49,419 nucleotides of DNA. It comes from a virus. The translations under genes were made by a program, and so were the position numbers. The stretch lies in IMG/VR virus record IMGVR_UViG_3300011443_000005; one strand, given 5' to 3'. Shown piece by piece: positions 1 to 8,474 of this stretch. The notes under the pieces were generated by a model. That model saw nothing but the letters and a program-made list of their open reading frames with translations. It ran no database searches and had not been told where the DNA came from. Each line of letters begins with the position of its first letter. The stretch's first letter is position 1.

Positions 1-123
1 TCCAGAAACCCTCAACTTCCCGAAGCAGACTTTTATAGGTTGTGGGCAGATCACTCTTTCCAGCAGGTAAAGCATGATAGATGTCGTCAAAGCTACCAAA
101 AACAGAAGTACGAAGCATTCCAA
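1..123. repeat. Terminal direct repeat, copy A (identical to 49297..49419); contig-closure overlap
   Basis: Compared base by base: tccagaaaccctcaac...cgaagcattccaa occurs at both window ends. Confidence 0.95.
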
Positions 124-412
124 TTCTTCGGTCAATTCCAGTGTTAGCAAACTTAAACAGGTTACGAACTGTAGGCAAAGGAAACTTAGCAGCTAACACC
201 AAACCAATGAGAGCAATTGGACTATCTGCCAGACGATAGAGAAAGCTGAAGGGGGAATTCTCTCCCACGCCCCACTTCTCGGATAGGGGTTTGCGTTCTG
301 CGGGAGTTAAGGCTGCGGGATCAGTTAACGCCCGACCTACCCCCGCAGGACTAGAAGTCTGTCCGAGAGCTAGACGAGCACGTTCAAAAAGATTATCGAG
401 TTCAACGGCCAC
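1..412 (-). CDS. Possible 5' extension of the large virion protein gene (same gene as 46727..49419, joined across the junction)
   Basis: The minus frame containing ATG 118 (=49414) stays open upstream to TAG 424..422. The first in-frame start is GTG 412..410, with no ATG in between. This would add about 98 codons. Start choice is uncertain. Confidence 0.4.
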   Translation of the reverse strand, partial: MAVELDNLFERARLALGQTSSPAGVGRALTDPAALTPAERKPLSEKWGVGENSPFSFLYRLADSPIALIGLVLAAKFPLPTVRNLFKFANTGIDRRIGMLRTSVFGSFDDIYHALPAGKSDLPTTYKSLLREVEGFW

Positions 413-424
413 ACAAGGAGTCTA

Positions 425-676
425 TCAGCGGATTTCCTTAATGCCAGTTAGCTCGATTCCTCTGGGGTATTCAAGAAAGGGTACACCCCGCAGATAGAAA
501 TCGTCATGCATTCTCTTGGCTTGCTTGTCAGCAGCACACCGAACGAATTCGTCAAGATAAGCAGACACGTTAACGGGGGTTTTTTCCACAGCAGACTGAA
601 TTCTTTTGGCACCAAACAAAACCCTGGGAGCAACTGCGATAGCAGCCAGACACTTAAAGAATGTTCTACGAAACAC
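425..676 (-). CDS. Hypothetical protein (83 aa if GTG 676 is used; the ORF track gives 425..739)
   Basis: GTG at 676..674 lies 1 nt after the upstream stop (TAG 680..678) and is preceded by GGAGGG. The N-terminal 21 residues of the longer track ORF overlap the upstream small gene. Confidence 0.45.
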   Translation of the reverse strand: MFRRTFFKCLAAIAVAPRVLFGAKRIQSAVEKTPVNVSAYLDEFVRCAADKQAKRMHDDFYLRGVPFLEYPRGIELTGIKEIR

Positions 677-677
677 A

Positions 678-827
678 CTAGCCCTCCATGCCGTACACGA
701 TGTTTGGTACGTAGCCTTCCAGTTCGTCCAGCCAACCATATGTCATTGCTTTTACGAACTGATCCAACCAACAGAAAAAACAGACGGATAGAACCAAACC
801 AACAATAAATCGTTTCCGAAGTTTCAT
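678..827 (-). CDS. Small membrane protein (49 aa, MKLRKRFIVGLVLSVCFFCW...)
   Basis: ATG 827..825 lies 10 nt after the stop of 838..1677, with GGGG upstream. It has a basic N-terminus followed by one hydrophobic helix. It is shorter than the 60-aa track ORF 678..860. Confidence 0.45.
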   Translation of the reverse strand: MKLRKRFIVGLVLSVCFFCWLDQFVKAMTYGWLDELEGYVPNIVYGMEG

Positions 828-837
828 CGGATTACCC

Positions 838-1677
838 CTATTGCCAGTACTCAAAACCATATGGATTCACATAAGCTGGACTAAGTGCGAATCCACCAGA
901 TTGTTCAGCTTGTGGAGCTTCAGTAACTGGAGCTTGTGTTATCCCCTTAATTGCATCCAAGAAAGCTCCCCACTCAGCAGATTGGAAAATGTCTTCAGCT
1001 TCCGTTCCCGGCTGTTCACCCATTGTCATTAACTGATCGAGTGGAATGCCCTGATCCCTAACCGCATCATATCCACCATTGGCAATGATTGCATTTGCCA
1101 AAGGATCACCAAACTGAGGTATCGCACTAACTGGATACGTTGCCCGCATTGGCGTATAGACAGCGTTATACCAGTCTGTGTAGTTCATAATCTCTGATGG
1201 GTTGGTATTCACCCCTCCCTGTTGAGCCTCGTATGCCTTAACAACAGCAAAGCTAGCAGGTGTGTAGAAACCATACTCATCTTGAAAAGCTAGAACATTA
1301 CCCGTCGCGGGATCAATACCCGCCATTGTGTGCGGGTCAAAACCAGCATCATAAATATCGGAAGAGGGAACAGGCAGACGAGAACGTCCCCCTTCACCGC
1401 CAAGTGGACCCAACGCCACAGGACTAAACCCACCAAAGCTTACACCCTCATACGGTTTGCCGTTGGACTTCGGGGTTGCTTGAACAGGTCTCCCGCTTGG
1501 TCTATTACTCTTGGGCTGAGGTTTGGGAGCTTGGTATTGAGAACTTCCCGGTCGATTGATATTGCCGCCGAAGGACTCATCCAGGAATTGCCCAAAAGAC
1601 TTCCCACGAGTCTTGCCACCACCCTTAACAAGTGGGGCGAGATTCAACGTTGGCAATGCTGGTGCATTACGAGCCAT
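838..1677 (-). CDS. Hypothetical virion-module protein (279 aa)
   Basis: Long ORF in the late operon. The N-terminal third is Gly/Pro/Lys-rich. No recognisable motif. Confidence 0.65.
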   Translation of the reverse strand: MARNAPALPTLNLAPLVKGGGKTRGKSFGQFLDESFGGNINRPGSSQYQAPKPQPKSNRPSGRPVQATPKSNGKPYEGVSFGGFSPVALGPLGGEGGRSRLPVPSSDIYDAGFDPHTMAGIDPATGNVLAFQDEYGFYTPASFAVVKAYEAQQGGVNTNPSEIMNYTDWYNAVYTPMRATYPVSAIPQFGDPLANAIIANGGYDAVRDQGIPLDQLMTMGEQPGTEAEDIFQSAEWGAFLDAIKGITQAPVTEAPQAEQSGGFALSPAYVNPYGFEYWQ

Positions 1678-1764
1678 AAGATTACCCAGTTTAAGAGTGG
1701 GCTAAGCGGAACTGTATACGCCTAACCCACTCCGCGACCTCCGACAAGGAGGAAAGCCCACCGA

Positions 1765-1932
1765 CTAACACATATCTGTGCGCTTCTTCTTGTTGGCCGG
1801 ACTTCGCTCATCGAAGTTCAATACTGGTTCCGGTCCAGTACCAGCATGATTCATCGTTAGCTTGCTACCGCCCTTGGAAGAAGTAGTTTTTGCTTTCTTG
1901 CCACCCTTGGATTTCATCTTGCCATACGCCAT
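1765..1932 (-). CDS. Small highly basic protein (55 aa, MAYGKMKSKGGKKAKTTSSKGGSK...)
   Basis: ATG 1932 is preceded by GGAAAGG about 10 nt upstream. The track ORF starts at a TTG (1965). Lys-rich composition suggests nucleic-acid binding. Confidence 0.45.
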   Translation of the reverse strand: MAYGKMKSKGGKKAKTTSSKGGSKLTMNHAGTGPEPVLNFDERSPANKKKRTDMC

Positions 1933-1973
1933 ATTACAAACCTTTCCTGTAAACTCGTAGAACAAACCCCAGC

Positions 1974-2411
1974 TTAGTCGGGGGTTGTTACAAAACCAAC
2001 CAATTGCGGATTGGTTGGCATCATCTCAATCGTAATATTGATACCCGTTGCTGTTGCCGGTGAAGTACTGTCAATGGCAATATAGGAACCTTCTGGGATA
2101 ATAGCGTTAGCATCTGTTGCGTGGAGGGCTTCTGTTTTCACAGTATCCACAGAACCAACAGAAAGATCAGAAGCAGCAGCCATAATCGCCGTACCCGAAG
2201 CGGGGGCAGTGCCGGAAGCACACTTATTCAAAATCCAAGTACCTGTACCAGCCAACCGAAAACTGGAGGTAATCTTAAGAATGCGAAGCTCATAGGGTGC
2301 TCGGAACAGGAAGCCATCAGCCAGACCTGCTGCTGCACCAAAAAAGAAACTGTGTGTAATCATCGGAGTTGTCTGCGACTTGCCCGATGCAGTACCTCTT
2401 TGAACTTTCAT
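1974..2411 (-). CDS. Small beta-rich virion-module protein, paralogue 3 of 3 (145 aa)
   Basis: Shares the NKC-SGTAP-SGT and I..G..I.ID blocks with 2430..2861 and a hydrophobic C-terminal strand ending in P with both neighbours. Confidence 0.7.
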   Translation of the reverse strand: MKVQRGTASGKSQTTPMITHSFFFGAAAGLADGFLFRAPYELRILKITSSFRLAGTGTWILNKCASGTAPASGTAIMAAASDLSVGSVDTVKTEALHATDANAIIPEGSYIAIDSTSPATATGINITIEMMPTNPQLVGFVTTPD

Positions 2412-2429
2412 TGCACTTTCCTTTCCAAA

Positions 2430-2861
2430 CTAACCGTTAATAGTAATCAACTCATCGGACAAGGGAACGAGGATTAACGTAATTACCAAACCCGCAAGAG
2501 AACCAACTGTGCCCGCCGTATCAAATGCCAAGCGATCACCAGCAGCCAACCGAAGGTCTGCTTCCACAGCAGCAAGAACAGCAGTAGCTATTGTGCCTGC
2601 TCCAGATGAGGTGGGAACAGCAGTTAGAAGGTCGGTACCACTTCCAGGTGCAGTCGTACCCGTACACTTCTCAATTTGAACAGTCTGAGAAGTGGAGTTA
2701 ACCGTCCAAAAAACATTTACCCCCACAAGACGATAAGCAACATCCGCCAGAAAAATGTTTTGATCTGCGATGGTAGCAGGAACAACAACAAGTGTCGTTA
2801 CTCCTCGTCTTGCACCAGACCTACGACCTAAGACCTTTGAAAGTACTCTTGCACCAGCCAT
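2430..2861 (-). CDS. Small beta-rich virion-module protein, paralogue 2 of 3 (143 aa)
   Basis: QNIFLADVAYRLV / EKCTGTTAPGSGT / LAAGDRLAFDT / LILVP blocks align with the flanking genes. Confidence 0.7.
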   Translation of the reverse strand: MAGARVLSKVLGRRSGARRGVTTLVVVPATIADQNIFLADVAYRLVGVNVFWTVNSTSQTVQIEKCTGTTAPGSGTDLLTAVPTSSGAGTIATAVLAAVEADLRLAAGDRLAFDTAGTVGSLAGLVITLILVPLSDELITING

Positions 2862-2866
2862 AGCAC

Positions 2867-3358
2867 TCAGGCTCCACTAATATCGTGAATCTGGTAGAAG
2901 CTCTCACCCTGAGTAGGAACAAGAGCAACTGCAACACAAACATCCGCAAGCTCCGTAGGAGGAACCGGATTAAACCCGTCTGTAAAGAAAAAGCCCAGTC
3001 GTTCCCCCCGCAATAACCCAGTTTCTTGACCGGCTAGATTTCTCCTACTGGCAGCAGAGGGTTGATAGTAACCTGGAGCTACTCCGTCGATACCCATCGC
3101 AACCGCATGCCAAGCATTCGCCAGAAGAATTGTAGCGTCGGCAGCGGCAGCCATTCCAACAAAGAGAGTTATCGCGTTAGTCGTGTCAGCAACACGGAAA
3201 AACACTGTTGAGTTTACAAAACGATAATCCCTATCTGCTACAAATAGATTCTGAAAGGTTCCCGAAAAGACACCAGAAGAAGCAAATCGAACAACTACCA
3301 CACCTTGAGGAGCACCAGCTTTGGGGGCAAGTCTACGTCGGGTGATTGTGGACGCCAT
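2867..3358 (-). CDS. Small beta-rich virion-module protein, paralogue 1 of 3 (163 aa)
   Basis: QNLFVADRDYRFV / LLRGERLGFFFTD / VALVP blocks align with 2430..2861. Confidence 0.7.
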   Translation of the reverse strand: MASTITRRRLAPKAGAPQGVVVVRFASSGVFSGTFQNLFVADRDYRFVNSTVFFRVADTTNAITLFVGMAAAADATILLANAWHAVAMGIDGVAPGYYQPSAASRRNLAGQETGLLRGERLGFFFTDGFNPVPPTELADVCVAVALVPTQGESFYQIHDISGA

Positions 3359-3425
3359 CAGTCTGCTCCAGCAACAAGAAATCTATCTTCAGCCAGCATT
3401 CTACCAAGACTCCTCAGACTGTCAA

Positions 3426-4307
3426 CTACCCCAAGGGAATAACTTCCTCGCCACCGGCTTTGGCTCGTCGGTTGGGAAGGAATTGCTGACCCATCGCGGC
3501 AACGTTCGGCATTCGCCGAGCGGTATCCATCATTCCCCCCATTGTTGCCATGTCCATCCCTGGATCAGCAGCCAATTGTCGAAGTAGAGCAAGTGTCATA
3601 GCTGACTGACCAATCACACCTTGTTCATACTCCTGCTCATTCTGCTTTCTTTTCTGGCGAATAAAATCATAGATAAAAGGTGCGTTGATACCCAATTGAA
3701 GCAGGATATTACCCGCCTTAGCAAAAGGTGTTTTGGTTCTAATAGCCCCAGCCTTAGCCGCTACTCCACCAGCTTTAGTAGTAACGGCCTTTGCCTCTTC
3801 CATAAGAGCATTGCGGAGATTGTTATTTGCCCTCATCTCCTCTGTAATCTTTAACTTAGCTGGAGGAGACTTATCCAACGCAGCAGCTAGAAGCAACCCT
3901 GTTTCTCGTGGAGCTAATCCTTTCTTCGCTGCTTCCACACCAACTTTACGGAGATCAGAAAGCATAGCAGATGGAAGCTGGGGCTTTTCTACTCCGTATA
4001 CCAAAGTGGCCAAGCGTGATACACGATCGTTGAATGCTCTGTGGGACTTACTAGCCTTGGCTGAAGTCCGATAAGCAAGATTATGTACCGATTTACCAAC
4101 ACGGGTAACCACTTGATCTAACGCGGACTTAAAACCGCCTTGTCCCGCAGCAGAGTCCAAAGGGTTGAGAGCAGCCGCGAGAGCAGGAATCTCTGGAGCA
4201 GGCGTCTCTACATCAGGCTGTAACATTTCAGAAACAGCACCGAGAGAGGTAGCAGCAGCTTTTCTTAGTTTCTTACCTACTTTAGCCACCAGATAACTCC
4301 TCAGCAA
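3426..4307 (-). CDS. Ala/Lys-rich virion protein (293 aa), candidate internal/ejection protein
   Basis: Overlaps the upstream gene's stop by 26 nt (operon packing). Low-complexity helical composition. The function call comes from position only. Confidence 0.6.
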   Translation of the reverse strand: MLRSYLVAKVGKKLRKAAATSLGAVSEMLQPDVETPAPEIPALAAALNPLDSAAGQGGFKSALDQVVTRVGKSVHNLAYRTSAKASKSHRAFNDRVSRLATLVYGVEKPQLPSAMLSDLRKVGVEAAKKGLAPRETGLLLAAALDKSPPAKLKITEEMRANNNLRNALMEEAKAVTTKAGGVAAKAGAIRTKTPFAKAGNILLQLGINAPFIYDFIRQKRKQNEQEYEQGVIGQSAMTLALLRQLAADPGMDMATMGGMMDTARRMPNVAAMGQQFLPNRRAKAGGEEVIPLG

Positions 4308-5532
4308 ACTCCTGTGGCAACAACTGCTTTAACTGCTCTGAACGATATTGTTGAAGTACCTGGTCTTCTTCTGTCCTTGGGGCATAGATATTCAACAGCG
4401 AAGAATTCAAAAGTCTATCCCTCAGTCGTTTGGCAGCATTGGGTCCATACTTATCTTCAATTTCATTAACCGCACCGTAATAACCCTTCAGCATTTCCCC
4501 CGCTTGAGGAACATTGCGAGACTGAGCTTGTTGTGCGGCAGTAATTGCTCGATCAGCAATTGCTTCGGGGGAATCTGGCCCACCTTGGGGAATCACTTTC
4601 TTGTTTGTCAGCTTATCATACAATTCACCAGCAGGTTCTTTGAGTGCCAAACCAGCAAACAAAGCGGTCAACCAATTACGTTTGAGAAAGCCCCCAGCAC
4701 CACCGGCAACTTTCCCTGCAACTTCAGTAGATTTACCTACCGCCTTACTAAGCAAGGATTGCTCTACGGGTGTAAGAGTTTTGACAGCACCAACAGCAGG
4801 TGAAGTAACTGGTGCCGTGGGGGAACCAGCGGAAGCGACTGGTCGTTTAATCTGCGGTGCGGAAACAGCCGGTGCTGGTTTTCCTACAGGCTTAACTAGA
4901 GCAGCACGAGCTTCCCCGAACTTCTTTGCTTCCACCTGTAATTGCTGTTCAATCTTCCCAACCTTTATCAGATTGGTCCGAGAAGCTTCAACTTGTTTTA
5001 GTGCTCCATAGCTCTCTTTCAACACCTTCTGTGTTCCTCGGAGACTTGCCCAATCCTTCTTACCCGCAAGTTTCTTAATCTTCGGCAGAAGTTCGTCTTC
5101 TATCTTCGCTAGAAGTTTTGCTGCTTGTTTCTTATTCAATGCCGCACCGGCAACAGCAGCAGCACCCACAGCATTCAAACCCGCAGAAACATTCTCAGAA
5201 TCCCCAGGGTCTTCGGAGAGCGGAGCAAAAAGAGCGGAAGCAGCGGCACGAGTACCAATCCCTTTGGTAAGAGCACCGGCAGCAAAACCACCGGGGAAGA
5301 GGGCCAGCAAATCCTCGTTACTTGAGTGAATTCCCCCCTCTTCTTCCCCGAAGAAAAGCATTCGCTCTACCGGAGTCATTCCCGCAAGCTCCGCTTCCGC
5401 CCTGGCTTTTTGACCAGGGTCAATCAACCGAGATCGGGATGGGGAACCCCCAGCGTTGGCGAGAACCAACAACCGTTGCAGCGGATCAATCACTGCTTCG
5501 GAATAGGAAAGCTCATCGGATTCAGGGGGCAT
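4282..5532 (-). CDS. Ala/Gly-rich virion protein (416 aa), candidate internal/ejection protein
   Basis: Long ORF with an 11-nt overlap on the upstream gene. No motif recognised. Confidence 0.65.
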   Translation of the reverse strand: MPPESDELSYSEAVIDPLQRLLVLANAGGSPSRSRLIDPGQKARAEAELAGMTPVERMLFFGEEEGGIHSSNEDLLALFPGGFAAGALTKGIGTRAAASALFAPLSEDPGDSENVSAGLNAVGAAAVAGAALNKKQAAKLLAKIEDELLPKIKKLAGKKDWASLRGTQKVLKESYGALKQVEASRTNLIKVGKIEQQLQVEAKKFGEARAALVKPVGKPAPAVSAPQIKRPVASAGSPTAPVTSPAVGAVKTLTPVEQSLLSKAVGKSTEVAGKVAGGAGGFLKRNWLTALFAGLALKEPAGELYDKLTNKKVIPQGGPDSPEAIADRAITAAQQAQSRNVPQAGEMLKGYYGAVNEIEDKYGPNAAKRLRDRLLNSSLLNIYAPRTEEDQVLQQYRSEQLKQLLPQEFAEELSGG

Positions 5533-7114
5533 AACTCATCTCCTCTGAATACTCCTCTGGAGGACCGGACAATTCCGGTGATTCTCCTGGAGAGAATGTC
5601 TGCTGCTGACCAGCACGTTGAACCTCCGGGATTTCCCCCAACACTCTACCCGAAGCAATCAATTCCGCCAGCAATTTCAAGTTGGGATCAGACCCACCAT
5701 GAGATTGAACCAAAGCGTGATACATATCCTCCGAAAGAACATCAGGAAGAAGTCCACCGTTATATGCATCCGCAATAGTTTGGGCGGGTGTAGGTCCAAA
5801 ATTTGCTTCAATGGCAAACTTTATCATCTGCTCTGACTTCTGTGCAGCGGCAAGAGCGGCAACAGTGGAAGAAACCAATTGCTCCAACCGTTGAACATTC
5901 TGCGGAGAAATTTGCTTACTCAAGGCCATTAGGTCTGGTGGGGGAGAGAACTCAATTTGTGTACCATCAGGAAGAGTACCTTTGATAATCGAAGTTGGGT
6001 CAACGGTAGTTCCCTTGGAAGCAGCAAGCAAAGTCCGAAGTGTCGGCAGGTAAGCGTAGTTCATCCAAGCTGCCATACCGGGAATGGTTGGGTCTATTGA
6101 CTTGATTGGTTTGTCTTTCTTCGAAAGGTTCTCAGGAGACAAAACGGTACCAAGGTTCCTTAACAAACCCGCTTGTTCGGTATTCTGTTTTCCCGCGAGA
6201 TTGAAAGTTCGCTCTATCAATTGCCAAGCATTGCCCTTAACTGGTTCTGTCCCATTAACCATTGCCACCGTAGCTTTGGCCATATCCAAATTACCACGGA
6301 TAAAATTGGTCAAGTCTCCCGGAGAAGTACCAGCGAGAGTGTGAAAAACATTCGCTGCCAATTTACCTGTTTGCTCCTGCTTATCCGCCAACTGCTGAGC
6401 ACGCTTAACTATTTGCTGTTTGTTCAAACCATACTTAGCAACACGCTTCATAATCTGGTGCTCAAACTCAAAAGCGGAGAGTCTTGAGAGTTGAACAGCA
6501 AAAGCAGTTGGATCAACACTTCCCTCATCATCCGTGAGCTTCATTGGAACTTCTGGATTGCTGGAGAGCGTATCATACTCAGAGCGAAGCGTCTCTGCTG
6601 CTTGATCCAAATATTTACTATCCTTTGTTCTTTTGGCCTGAACTAAGCTATTAAAAACATCTGTCTTAATCCTAAACTGTTTTTCATGAAGATTGGTTTG
6701 ACGAACGCCAATTTCTCGAACCGCCATTTCCCCCTCAGCACTAAGCAAGTATTCAGGGTCCGTGGCCACACCAGCATACAATTGAGACAAGTTGTTATCC
6801 GTCTCGTGAATAGACTTCATTACGTCATTCAGTTGCATACCAACTTTTTCAATCTGAAGCTGTTCTGCCTGTTCCTTCCGCCTCTGCTTCCGCTCTCCAA
6901 TCTTGGCAAAGACATCTCCCACTTGAGCACCGGCTTGAGAGATACCCTCCGCGAGAATGGCAGTACCGCCCATCGGCAGAGAGGGCAAACCGCCCTGTGT
7001 CTGAGAAATAGCAGCACCGGCTGAACCGGGTGCGGAGGCAGCAGTGGAAACCACACCGGGAATGGAACGCTGTCCGCCACCGATACGAGGAGTTTGTGTT
7101 TGTACTACCGCCAT
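5522..7114 (-). CDS. Virion protein (530 aa), candidate internal/ejection protein
   Basis: Long ORF that starts 1 nt after the upstream stop. Coiled-coil-like Gln/Glu/Lys-rich N-terminal half. Confidence 0.65.
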   Translation of the reverse strand: MAVVQTQTPRIGGGQRSIPGVVSTAASAPGSAGAAISQTQGGLPSLPMGGTAILAEGISQAGAQVGDVFAKIGERKQRRKEQAEQLQIEKVGMQLNDVMKSIHETDNNLSQLYAGVATDPEYLLSAEGEMAVREIGVRQTNLHEKQFRIKTDVFNSLVQAKRTKDSKYLDQAAETLRSEYDTLSSNPEVPMKLTDDEGSVDPTAFAVQLSRLSAFEFEHQIMKRVAKYGLNKQQIVKRAQQLADKQEQTGKLAANVFHTLAGTSPGDLTNFIRGNLDMAKATVAMVNGTEPVKGNAWQLIERTFNLAGKQNTEQAGLLRNLGTVLSPENLSKKDKPIKSIDPTIPGMAAWMNYAYLPTLRTLLAASKGTTVDPTSIIKGTLPDGTQIEFSPPPDLMALSKQISPQNVQRLEQLVSSTVAALAAAQKSEQMIKFAIEANFGPTPAQTIADAYNGGLLPDVLSEDMYHALVQSHGGSDPNLKLLAELIASGRVLGEIPEVQRAGQQQTFSPGESPELSGPPEEYSEEMSYAP

Positions 7115-7115
7115 A

Positions 7116-8474
7116 TCACCCCGCTGGAGTTAATGCTCCTTGAGCAGCACCACCTAAAATATTACCCGCAGCACCAATTCCCGCACCCCAGAGAGCATTA
7201 CGAGCTTGGCGGTTCTGAACCTCAATCTGTTGCTCGAACTGTCGATTCTGATCCCGCTGACCAGCTACCGCCATAATGGAAACATTCTGCGGATTCTCAA
7301 TCGCCATCAGATTTTGGAATTCCTGAGTCTTTACATTGTTATCAAAAGCCATGACATCCCAACCAATGTCAAAGAGGTCGGACATAATATCCGAAATTAC
7401 TAGGGTTGGGTAAACGGTATTGGATATCATGGTAAACAACGCCGAAGCACCATCAAGCTTAAACTGTTCAGTAAACTTACCAAGCTCGGTACGAGCAATA
7501 GTGAAGTTCTGAATAGTCTGTGCTCTTACCGTTGCTAGATTGGCAATAGTTTTTTCGGAATCAAGCAAAGCACCAATGCCTGTTTGGAGAGCACCACCTA
7601 CTTGTCCAAGAGCCTGTGCTGCTCCTTGGGTTGTAATATTGGCTAAATTGGTTTCAAGATTCGCTCGAAGCTCAATAGCTGATTCGTGTAGACTCCCGGC
7701 AGAGACAGCAATATTGCGAGCAGCATCACGCTGATACATGGAGCGGATAGCCTCTCGCTCTTCGGGAGCTACCGGACCAGAAGCTTCAAGAGCACGAACG
7801 TGTTCATTGTATGCCTGCTTTGAAGCTCCCTGAATACCAGTAGCAACAGACTCAATCCGATTACTAACGTCGATAGCAAAATTCTCTCGTACTTCTCCAG
7901 ACTGCTTTTGAATCTCAGAAAGAAGAGCAGTACCGGCATTAATGCCAGCACGAGTCATTAACATTGTCTGCTTCTGAATATCCTTCAAACCAGCAACAGA
8001 CTTGCCAATACCAGAGAGGGCAGAGGTTTGTGCTGAACCTAACATTTTATCCAGTTTGTTAAAGGTGCTATTCGCATCTCTCAAACCGGAAGCAAAACCC
8101 TTGGTTACTTCTTTCTGAGAATTGCTAAGTTCCAAAAGAGCGGCAAATTGATCTTCTCGTTCCTTTACCGCCTGAGTACCAATCTCAGGAAGACCAATCT
8201 GTAATGGGCCTCCGTTAGGACCACGAATCTGAAGCTGGGACTCCGTAGCCGAAGGACTTCGATACTCTGGAGCATTAGCTCGTAACGAGCCGGACAACCG
8301 TTGTCCTTCCCCACTACGAATGAGGTTGGTAATCATCGGGTTGTCCGCAAACTGCCGAAGTCCCGGAAGAAGAGCCAAAGGGCCGGTGAAAAAGGAACTG
8401 AGGAGACTGCTGATACCAGACGCAATACCAGCAAAACCCTGTGGGGCGGCTGGAGAATTGTATTGCTTCGCCAT
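7116..8474 (-). CDS. Virion protein (452 aa), Ala/Gly/Gln/Ser-rich, candidate internal/ejection protein
   Basis: ATG 8474..8472 overlaps the TAA of the upstream gene by 1 nt (TAATG). Confidence 0.65.
   Translation of the reverse strand: MAKQYNSPAAPQGFAGIASGISSLLSSFFTGPLALLPGLRQFADNPMITNLIRSGEGQRLSGSLRANAPEYRSPSATESQLQIRGPNGGPLQIGLPEIGTQAVKEREDQFAALLELSNSQKEVTKGFASGLRDANSTFNKLDKMLGSAQTSALSGIGKSVAGLKDIQKQTMLMTRAGINAGTALLSEIQKQSGEVRENFAIDVSNRIESVATGIQGASKQAYNEHVRALEASGPVAPEEREAIRSMYQRDAARNIAVSAGSLHESAIELRANLETNLANITTQGAAQALGQVGGALQTGIGALLDSEKTIANLATVRAQTIQNFTIARTELGKFTEQFKLDGASALFTMISNTVYPTLVISDIMSDLFDIGWDVMAFDNNVKTQEFQNLMAIENPQNVSIMAVAGQRDQNRQFEQQIEVQNRQARNALWGAGIGAAGNILGGAAQGALTPAG

Noticed and set aside
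1-123. The 123-bp repeat as a genuine T7-like physical terminal repeat
   Set aside because: It lies inside an ORF that stays open across the junction. An assembly overlap of a circular or permuted genome explains it more simply. Read-level data are needed to be certain.
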